Assembly (NCBI RefSeq): GCF_000341895.1
Contig: NC_020409.1
Coordinates: 2,580,001-2,612,000, forward strand
DNA: 32,000 nucleotides
Origin: Pseudodesulfovibrio piezophilus C1TLV30
GTDB lineage: Bacteria > Desulfobacterota > Desulfovibrionia > Desulfovibrionales > Desulfovibrionaceae
Direction: 5' to 3'
Shown: positions 25,822-32,000 of the stretch, piece after piece
How positions within the stretch are numbered: position 1 is the stretch's first letter
Layout: each line of letters begins with the position of its first letter
Notes under the pieces: generated by a model
Told to the model about the DNA's origin: nothing
The model's database searches: none
The model's input: the letters and a program-made list of their open reading frames with translations, nothing else
Program-made: the position numbers and the translations under genes

Positions 25822-25863
25822 GCCGCCCCAACCTTCCAGAGAAGGTTGGGGCGGCATGTTTTT
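25822..25863. terminator. Strong bidirectional rho-independent terminator shared by htpG (+) and the convergent lipoprotein gene (-)
   Basis: GCCGCCCCAACCTT (25822-25835) pairs perfectly with AAGGTTGGGGCGGC (25842-25855). TGTTTTT follows on the plus strand and TTCGGATTTTC follows on the minus strand. Confidence 0.85.
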
Positions 25864-25908
25864 GTGGGAGAGGGAAATGGAAGACATGTGAAGGATTGTA
25901 CGGCAGGA

Positions 25909-26352
25909 TTATTGGATCAAATGCCACGTTCCATTGGGGCTTCGGTATGCATGGGCGTGGATTGTCTCCTTCTTTCCGTTCGGCATCCTACCTTGCAGGG
26001 TTATATCCCGGACTATTCGTCCGTTCTTTTCCCGGCGGGGCGGTTTGGGCGTTGCCTTGTACCGGGTGTGTGTGTCTGGGTTGACCCATATGGTTTCCCG
26101 GCCTGATGGAGTGGTTTCCAGCACCTGGGAGACTTGTTGCTCATCGTATTTATCCATTTCATTGCCGATGATGTATCCGGCGAGCATCCCGGCTCCAGCG
26201 CCGATGGCGGCACCGGAAATTTTGTTCTTGAATGTCAAGGCTCCTGCCGAGGCGCCGACCAGGGAGCCAAGCATGGCACTGTTTTGGGCTCTATTGGCCT
26301 GACATGCGCTCATGAGCATGAGGCTCAGGAGAATCGGAACAAATTTTTTCAT
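25909..26352 (-). CDS. Glycine-zipper lipoprotein of the 17-kDa surface-antigen type (COG4520-like)
   Basis: A GAGGAGG SD precedes the ATG at 26352. The signal peptide and lipobox read MKKFVPILLSLMLMSAC. The glycine zipper is GSLVGASAGAL...GAAIGAGAGMLAGYIIG. The C-terminal sequence WVNPDTHTRYKATP...NGRIVRDITLQ...AHAYRSPNGTWHL resembles the surface-antigen C-terminal pattern. Confidence 0.8.
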   Translation of the reverse strand: MKKFVPILLSLMLMSACQANRAQNSAMLGSLVGASAGALTFKNKISGAAIGAGAGMLAGYIIGNEMDKYDEQQVSQVLETTPSGRETIWVNPDTHTRYKATPKPPRREKNGRIVRDITLQGRMPNGKKETIHAHAYRSPNGTWHLIQ

Positions 26353-26398
26353 GTACAACCTCCTCGGAATCAGTGACATGGCCTTTTGTCTCTTTTAA

Positions 26399-26415
26399 AG
26401 CAAAGGGAGTGCCAA
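26399..26415 (-). promoter_or_regulatory. Near-consensus sigma-54 (-24/-12) promoter upstream of the surface-antigen lipoprotein gene
   Basis: The minus strand reads TTGGCAC-TCCCT-TTGCT, against the consensus YTGGCACG-N4-TTGCW. The GG (26413/26412) and GC (26401/26400) have exact spacing. The predicted transcription start is near 26388, about 36 nt before the ATG. Confidence 0.6.
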
Positions 26416-26487
26416 GATGCAAGGGGTTCGTTTTATGAGATATTTATTTTTATTGGGGTCTGTGATGCACGGAATTTATCACATTGA

Positions 26488-26505
26488 TTGCACGTATATA
26501 TGCAA
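26488..26505. promoter_or_regulatory. Inverted repeat TTGCA-N8-TGCAA, candidate enhancer-binding-protein site (UAS) for the sigma-54 promoter
   Basis: The site reads TTGCACGTATATATGCAA. It is centred about 108 bp upstream of the predicted sigma-54 transcription start, within the usual range for bacterial enhancer-binding protein (bEBP) sites. Confidence 0.3.
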
Positions 26506-26525
26506 ATAGTGGCACAAGTGGGGCA

Positions 26526-27683
26526 TTAGAGAATGCAGGCGCTGAGCACTGCTCCTACTACGACAACCCAAAGCAGATCGATACCGAGTCGCAAGGCGAT
26601 GAATGCGCCGAGGGCGACTGTCAGGTGTGCAGGACTCCAGTCCACTGCCATGCCGAAACGGGCGGCCACGGCAGCCATTAACCCCACCAGGGAAATGAGA
26701 CTCCCCTTGAGTGCCCGAAGTGCCAGGGAGGAGGAACTGAGTTTGTCCGCAAAGGGGGTCGCCGCGCAGATGAAGATGAGTGAAGGTGTGAAAACGGCGA
26801 TGGTGGCGAGGGTGGCCCCGAAAACTCCGGCGACCAGATAGCCGACAAAGGCTCCCGTCATGACAATGGGACCGGGCGTCACCTGGCCAAGGGCAATGCC
26901 ATCCATGAATTCGGGGCCGGTCAGCCAACCGTGTACCTCAACGACCTCATGCAGCATGATCGGAATGGAGACATAGCCACCGCCAAAGGCGAAGCAGTCG
27001 ACTTTTGTCATCAGCAGTGCCAGTGCCGAGCCCAGTGGTGTGGTCAGGTGTAGAATCCCGAGAAAGAGGAGGAACAGCGCGAGAAAGACTGCGGCGGAAA
27101 AGAGAGGGCGTCCTTCTTGTCTGGGTGCCTCAGACTGCGAAATCTGTGGAGAGTCTTCCTTGATGATGAAAAGCGCAAGACCGCACACGACGAGCAGGGC
27201 CAATATGGGATTGCCTTTCAGACCGAGCCAGATTCCGGCCATGCAGGCGAGTAGCTTGCTGGGGAGCGAATCCAGATACAGCCGGGAAAAATTGATGGCA
27301 GCGTGAAGGATCATGGCCACCACGACGAGTTGCAAACCGCTGAATGCGGCCATGACCAGGGGGAGGTCGCGGGAAGAGCTGTAAACCATGGTCAGGACCA
27401 GCATCAGCATGAAGGCTGGCAGGCCAAATGCGGTATAGGCTGCGAGAGCGCCGGGACCGCCTCGGCTGCGAAGTCCCACATAGGCAGCCATCTGCATGGC
27501 TGTGGCACCGGGAATCACCTGGGCTACAGACATTCCGAGGCGGAAACTTTTTTCAGATAACCATTGCTCGCGTTCCACCGCCATTGTCCGTATATAAGGA
27601 ACCATGGCCGGACCGCCGAAAGCTGTCAGCCCCAGGCGGAGAAATCGGAAAAAGAGGTGTGGGAGTGATGGTGTCATGACCAT
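26526..27683 (-). CDS. chrA: Chromate ion transporter (CHR family, two-domain ChrA)
   Basis: The sequence FLRLGLTAFGGPAMVPYIR is the CHR signature, repeated in the second half (FAFGGGYVSIPIMLHEVV). The protein has about 10-12 hydrophobic segments and is 385 aa long. Confidence 0.85.
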   Translation of the reverse strand: MVMTPSLPHLFFRFLRLGLTAFGGPAMVPYIRTMAVEREQWLSEKSFRLGMSVAQVIPGATAMQMAAYVGLRSRGGPGALAAYTAFGLPAFMLMLVLTMVYSSSRDLPLVMAAFSGLQLVVVAMILHAAINFSRLYLDSLPSKLLACMAGIWLGLKGNPILALLVVCGLALFIIKEDSPQISQSEAPRQEGRPLFSAAVFLALFLLFLGILHLTTPLGSALALLMTKVDCFAFGGGYVSIPIMLHEVVEVHGWLTGPEFMDGIALGQVTPGPIVMTGAFVGYLVAGVFGATLATIAVFTPSLIFICAATPFADKLSSSSLALRALKGSLISLVGLMAAVAARFGMAVDWSPAHLTVALGAFIALRLGIDLLWVVVVGAVLSACIL

Positions 27684-27824
27684 CCTCTAGTGCCATGGAG
27701 ACAGCGTACTTGCAAGTGGTAACGAGACAGAAACTGCCGCAGGGAGATGGTAAAAGAGGTCTTGTTGAAGTATGCTATGCCATCTGTTACTGATTCAAAA
27801 ACATGCGATAATAAAGGAATCCTG

Positions 27825-28949
27825 ATGCTTGACCCGAACAAACCATACACTTTGGACCGCGTTGTACGCATGGTACTCTCTGCCGGGTTTGTGATTTGCC
27901 TGATCTGGAGTTTGGAATATCTGGCCACTGTTCTGGTCCCTTTTGTTTCCGCCTTGCTCATGGCCTACCTGCTGAATCCGGTCACAAGCGCCATAGAGAA
28001 AAAGGTTGGCAGTCGAGGCGTGGCAGTTGTGGTGACTGTGCTTGGCTCCATCGGATTCTTCGTCGGCATTATCTGGGTCGTGGTGCCGATGATGACATCG
28101 GAAATTGCGCATATGGGTTCTGTCTTGCAGGAACTGGTTTCCAATCAGGAATTTGCCGAACGGGTTCGCACCTCTTTGCCGCCCGACCTCTGGGTATGGG
28201 TCAAGAATTTTGCTGCGGATCGGGATATTCAGGATTTTTTTACCAGCAGTGGGGCATTGGCTATTGCCAAGGGGGTGGCGCTTAAGGTCATGCCGGGCAT
28301 CACGGGAGTGCTTCGCGGCACGGCAAGCCTTTTCACCGGGATTCTCAGTCTTGGCGTTATCCTCCTGTACCTTGTTTTTTTGCTTGGAGATTTCGGGACT
28401 ATTCAAAAACAGTGGCAGAACTACTTACCCAAGGGCTATCGCCAGGACGCCACGGATTTTCTCGAAGAGTTCAAACAGACTATGAGCCATTATTTTCGAG
28501 GGCAGGTCATCATCGCTCTCCTGGTCGGTGTTCTCCTGTCCATTGGGTTCCTGATTATCGGTTTGCCACTGGCATTGGTGCTCGGTCTGTTCATCGGTAT
28601 TTTGAACATAGCCCCGTACCTCGGGACCATTGGACTTGCTCCGGCTGTTCTTCTGGGCGGTTTGAGTTCCCTTGAGGCGGGTGATTCTCCATGGCTTGGC
28701 ATTGGGCTGGTTCTTCTCGTCTTTGTCGTTGTTCAGGCGCTTCAGGAGATTGTATTGATCCCCCGGATTCAGGGGGAGGGGTTGGGGCTTTCGCCGTGGA
28801 TGATCATTCTCGCCCTGTCCATATGGGGAAAGCTTCTTGGTTTTCTCGGACTGTTGATAGCGCTTCCTGTGACCTGCCTGCTTTTATCTTTTTACCGTCG
28901 GTTGATTGCCAGACGGGACAAAGTCATGAATGAGGCTGGTCAGGGGTGA
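27825..28949 (+). CDS. AI-2E family transporter (PerM/YhhT, UPF0118)
   Basis: The protein is multi-TM with a family-typical organisation (LVPFVSALLMAYLLNP, FRGQVIIALLVGVL, IPYLGTIG-like NIAPYLGTIG, IVLIPRIQGEGLGLSP). The ORF opens at 27747; the ATG at 27825, preceded by AAGGA, is preferred. Confidence 0.85.
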   Translation: MLDPNKPYTLDRVVRMVLSAGFVICLIWSLEYLATVLVPFVSALLMAYLLNPVTSAIEKKVGSRGVAVVVTVLGSIGFFVGIIWVVVPMMTSEIAHMGSVLQELVSNQEFAERVRTSLPPDLWVWVKNFAADRDIQDFFTSSGALAIAKGVALKVMPGITGVLRGTASLFTGILSLGVILLYLVFLLGDFGTIQKQWQNYLPKGYRQDATDFLEEFKQTMSHYFRGQVIIALLVGVLLSIGFLIIGLPLALVLGLFIGILNIAPYLGTIGLAPAVLLGGLSSLEAGDSPWLGIGLVLLVFVVVQALQEIVLIPRIQGEGLGLSPWMIILALSIWGKLLGFLGLLIALPVTCLLLSFYRRLIARRDKVMNEAGQG

Positions 28950-29002
28950 AGAGTCTCTCCCTCTTGGCATTCCTCATTCCCGTTGAAAGAGTGTGCGGAG
29001 GG

Positions 29003-30418
29003 TTATTCGAGATCGCTGTGCTGTTCGAAAGGAAGAATGAACGAGAATTCATTGCCATATTCCGTGGCACGATATTCGGCTGAGCCTCCGTGCAATTCGA
29101 CAACCTGGCGGACAAAATAGAGTCCCCGGCCCGAGCCGCTTTCCTTGGCGACATTGTCTGCCCTGAATCCGGGTTTGAAGACATCCATGGGGTCCTTGAG
29201 GTCCAGAGGGGCACCCGTTGAGGTGACCCACATCTTGATGCCTGGTTTGCCTTCTCCGTAATGGTCCTTGAGAATTTTCCAGCCATAGGAAACAGATTTT
29301 CCAGTGCGTCCGTCCGGCAGAGTGGCTTCAGTGGTATATTTGACTGCATTGGAGAAATAGTTGGCGTAGACCTGTGCGATAAGTCCGGGGTCCATGACAA
29401 GCAGGATCATCTGGTCTGGTGCGCCTCCCAGTGCAAACCCCACTTCAATGCCCCGCTCATGAAAGCGTTGCCGATATCGTTCGAGTTGGGGTTCCAGTAC
29501 ATTGGTGCGCAGGTTGACCTCCCGCTTGACGAGCACGTATCGGCCTTCCTCGAAATGCCGTCGTCGCAAGAGAGTTTCCAGGAACATCGATGTGGTTTCA
29601 TAATGCCGATATATTTCCTGATATTGGGATTCGATGGCCGCCGTGGTTGTGGCCAGCAGATTTCCTTGTTCCACGCATTCGTCAGAGTTGCATTCCACCA
29701 TCATGGACAGAACTTTTTCAGTATTGACATGCAGGGTTTCGATCTGCCGTTTGAGACGGTTGAAATAGAGTTTGAAATACATGTTGGGGACAATGACGTT
29801 ATGACCGATGTCTTCCACCATGGATTTGATGAACTGGAGGTGTTCCCGGTTTCGTGAGCGGATGATGCGATGATGCAGCTGGAATCCGATCCTGTTGACG
29901 TATTTTTCCAGAAAAAGCAGCACATGCTCCGGCAAGGTATCGCAGGGATGCATCTCGAAACAGCCGATGATGTCATGGGGCGGTTCAAAGGGAAGCAAGT
30001 CCGTGAATTCAGGGTTGCAATGGATAGGGATGAAGAGACTGTCTCCATCCTGAACAACTTCCTTGCTCAGATTTTTTCCCCATGGTCGAGTCGGTTCCAT
30101 GTCACACCTGTCGCCGGAACATCCTGCCAGCACGAATGTTTCTTCATCTTCCAGAATGTATATATTCGATTCCAGTCCGAAAAGGACACGGGGTATCATC
30201 ATGCAGACCGCGTAGAACATGTCCCTTCCGCGAAGCTCTTGAGCCAGTTCGAAGAAGATATTGAGCGCCTGGACCTGTTGCAGGGAGAAGTCGTAGCCTT
30301 CGTAATCGTGGAGCTTTTCCTCGATACGTTCCTGCACACGGCGTAGACGTTCCTCTTCCGAAGGAATTGTACTGCCGGACGCGCTGTATGTTTCGGATGA
30401 GTCGTCGGGTCTGTTCAT
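29003..30418 (-). CDS. Cytoplasmic orphan sensor histidine kinase: Cys/His-rich GAF-like N-terminal domain, atypical H-box, HATPase_c
   Basis: The HATPase_c N-box is YANYFSNAVKYT and the G2 box is ESGSGRGLYFVRQVVELHGG. The H-box-like sequence is VEDIGHNVIVPN, with the His codon at 29801..29803. The protein has no TM segment, and no response regulator gene is adjacent. Confidence 0.8.
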   Translation of the reverse strand: MNRPDDSSETYSASGSTIPSEEERLRRVQERIEEKLHDYEGYDFSLQQVQALNIFFELAQELRGRDMFYAVCMMIPRVLFGLESNIYILEDEETFVLAGCSGDRCDMEPTRPWGKNLSKEVVQDGDSLFIPIHCNPEFTDLLPFEPPHDIIGCFEMHPCDTLPEHVLLFLEKYVNRIGFQLHHRIIRSRNREHLQFIKSMVEDIGHNVIVPNMYFKLYFNRLKRQIETLHVNTEKVLSMMVECNSDECVEQGNLLATTTAAIESQYQEIYRHYETTSMFLETLLRRRHFEEGRYVLVKREVNLRTNVLEPQLERYRQRFHERGIEVGFALGGAPDQMILLVMDPGLIAQVYANYFSNAVKYTTEATLPDGRTGKSVSYGWKILKDHYGEGKPGIKMWVTSTGAPLDLKDPMDVFKPGFRADNVAKESGSGRGLYFVRQVVELHGGSAEYRATEYGNEFSFILPFEQHSDLE

Positions 30419-30559
30419 GTTTTCACCAGATTACGATTTTTGTTTTCATTACTGGCATGAACCATACCCGGTGTGTGCTTTCTTCACAAGGTGAGCGTGA
30501 AAAGAGTGTTTGTCTTGCTCTTGTCATTTTTCCCTTCTCTCTGATAGGAACCAGAAAAT

Positions 30560-31897
30560 ATGAAGATACATGAAGCGAGAATCCACCGTCTGAATGATGC
30601 CGATATGAGCGCTGGCCCCATACTTTACTGGATGAGCCGGGAGCAACGGGTCCAGGACAATTGGGGACTGCTCCACGCTCGGGAGTTGGCGGGAGAGGAC
30701 CGTCCCTTGATTGTCCTTTTCTGTCTTGTGCCGGGTTTTCTCGGGGCGACGTTGCGGCAGGACGATTTCATGCTGAACGGTTTGGCTGAAGTTGAAAACG
30801 ATCTTGCGGCTCTGGGGATCGCCTTTCTGCTTCGTCTCGGAGACCCGGAAGAGGAAGTCATCCGCTGCGTTCTTGAAAAGGGAGTCGGCGCTGTGGTGAC
30901 GGATTTCGACCCTCTCCGCATCAAGCAGGGGTGGCAGAAGGAAGTTGCTTCAACACTCCGTGTCCCGCTCATTGAAGTCGATGGGCACAATGTGGTCCCA
31001 GCCCGATCGGTTTCAGACAAGCAGGAGTATGCCGCCCGAACGCTCAGACCGAAGATTCATCGTCTTTCTTCTGAATTTCTAGAGGATTTCCCGCGTCTTG
31101 AACCTTTAGTCTGTTCCGCCTCACCAGCTGATCCAGTGGATTGGCATTCTCTTCGATCTTCCCTGCGGATGGATGAAACGGTTTCCCCTGTGGCGCTTGT
31201 ACCCGGTGAGAGTGCAGCCCATGCAGCACTTTCCGCCTTTGTCGATCATGGGTTGCATGGGTATGCCGAGCGACGCAATGATCCGGTCGCGGAAGCCACT
31301 TCACGACTTTCCGCCTTTTTTCATTTCGGTCACCTTGCTCCGCAGAGGGCCGCCTTGGCCGTGGCCGGGTCAGGCAAGGGCGAAGGACAGGCCGTCTACC
31401 TTGAAGAGGTGATTGTCCGGCGAGAACTATCCGATAATTTTTGCCTGTACAACATCCGCTACGATTCCTTGCATGGCGCACCGAACTGGGCATTGAAAAC
31501 GCTGGATGAGCACCGATCCGATCCCCGGCCTTTTCTTTATTCCCATGAGGAATTCGAGGCAGCCCGGACGCATTCTCCGCTTTGGAACGCAGCCCAGACC
31601 CAGCTTCTCAGGTCAGGGTTTATGCATGGTTATATGCGCATGTTCTGGGCAAAGAAGATTCTCGAATGGTCCCCGGACCCGGAGTCAGCTCATGCCACAG
31701 TCGTAACACTCAATGATCGCTATCAGCTCGACGGGCGTGATCCCAACGGATATGTCGGTGCCCTCTGGTCCGTGGCCGGGTTGCATGATCGTCCCTGGCA
31801 GACTCGCCCCATCTATGGCTCTGTCCGGTACATGAATTCCAATGGCTGCCGGAGGAAATTCGATACCAAGGCGTATATTTCCCGTTGGCTTAACTGA
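30560..31897 (+). CDS. Class II CPD photolyase (deoxyribodipyrimidine photo-lyase)
   Basis: The sequence ILYWMSREQRVQDNWGLLHA is the class II N-terminal signature. The C-terminal FAD-binding region reads GFMHGYMRMFWAKKILEW...LNDRYQLDGRDPNGYVG..WSVAGLHDRPW. Confidence 0.9.
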   Translation: MKIHEARIHRLNDADMSAGPILYWMSREQRVQDNWGLLHARELAGEDRPLIVLFCLVPGFLGATLRQDDFMLNGLAEVENDLAALGIAFLLRLGDPEEEVIRCVLEKGVGAVVTDFDPLRIKQGWQKEVASTLRVPLIEVDGHNVVPARSVSDKQEYAARTLRPKIHRLSSEFLEDFPRLEPLVCSASPADPVDWHSLRSSLRMDETVSPVALVPGESAAHAALSAFVDHGLHGYAERRNDPVAEATSRLSAFFHFGHLAPQRAALAVAGSGKGEGQAVYLEEVIVRRELSDNFCLYNIRYDSLHGAPNWALKTLDEHRSDPRPFLYSHEEFEAARTHSPLWNAAQTQLLRSGFMHGYMRMFWAKKILEWSPDPESAHATVVTLNDRYQLDGRDPNGYVGALWSVAGLHDRPWQTRPIYGSVRYMNSNGCRRKFDTKAYISRWLN

Positions 31898-31980
31898 ATT
31901 GTCGCCCCGAGCATCGTCACATTTACGATCGTCGCATTTTGTGCGAAAGTCCGCATGCACTTCGCAAGGGAGACAGTTTC

Positions 31981-32000
31981 ATGGAAAAGATCATATTGGT
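31981..32000 (+). CDS. Possible start of a further gene, truncated by the window end
   Basis: The ATG at 31981 (MEKIILV...) is preceded by a GGGAGA SD 6 nt upstream. Only 20 nt are visible. Confidence 0.25.

Noticed and set aside
26510-26525. A second sigma-54-like element on the plus strand (TGGCAC-AAGTG-GGGCA).
   Set aside because: The -12 region is GGGC rather than TTGC. The element would fire antisense into the 3' end of chrA with no plus-strand gene to serve. The palindrome is only 5 nt away, which is too close for a UAS. I kept only the minus-strand site.
1-32000. A search for CRISPR arrays, IS elements or terminal inverted repeats, integrases, tRNA or rRNA genes, prophage genes or known defence-system genes.
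   Set aside because: I noticed no regularly spaced repeats, no transposase, integrase or recombinase-like ORFs, and no tRNA-like cloverleaf regions in the intergenic spacers. AT-rich patches coincide with divergent promoter regions rather than island boundaries. An exhaustive repeat search by computer was not possible here.

Overview
This is a gene-dense chromosomal window with about 27 CDS. I see no rRNA, tRNA, CRISPR array, transposase, integrase or phage genes. The protein repertoire suggests a Desulfovibrio-like (Desulfobacterota) genome, but that is inference only. In order, the window holds: the 3' part of a PAS histidine kinase; a co-directional minus-strand run of one exported protein plus three GGDEF-family proteins (2TM degenerate GGDEF, multi-PAS GGDEF, Cache-PAS-GGDEF-EAL); two lipoproteins; a ferredoxin-nitroreductase fusion; a 3D-domain protein; FlgM with a sigma-28-like promoter; a CgeB-like glycosyltransferase with an unassigned helical C-terminal half; a pseudo-receiver-PilZ protein; PIN-PhoH2; an MltD-like lytic transglycosylase; malate synthase G behind a 327-nt leader; an Lrp/AsnC regulator plus alanine dehydrogenase; a MauE/DoxX-rhodanese operon; a MerR-like HTH/coiled-coil protein plus HtpG; a glycine-zipper surface-antigen lipoprotein behind a near-consensus sigma-54 promoter; ChrA; an AI-2E transporter; a Cys-rich GAF-like orphan histidine kinase; and a class II photolyase. 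The main leads are: the density of c-di-GMP parts (3 GGDEF, 1 EAL, 1 PilZ) around flgM; a degenerate GGDEF (RGGKF) that keeps its I-site; the sigma-54 promoter with an upstream palindrome; the long glcB leader; and G/C homopolymer tracts. I do not see a convincing self-contained novel system such as a defence island, so all findings are graded as leads rather than discoveries. Several ORF-track starts are N-terminal over-extensions (some on TTG/GTG), and I re-called them from signal peptides, Shine-Dalgarno (SD) sequences and neighbouring genes.
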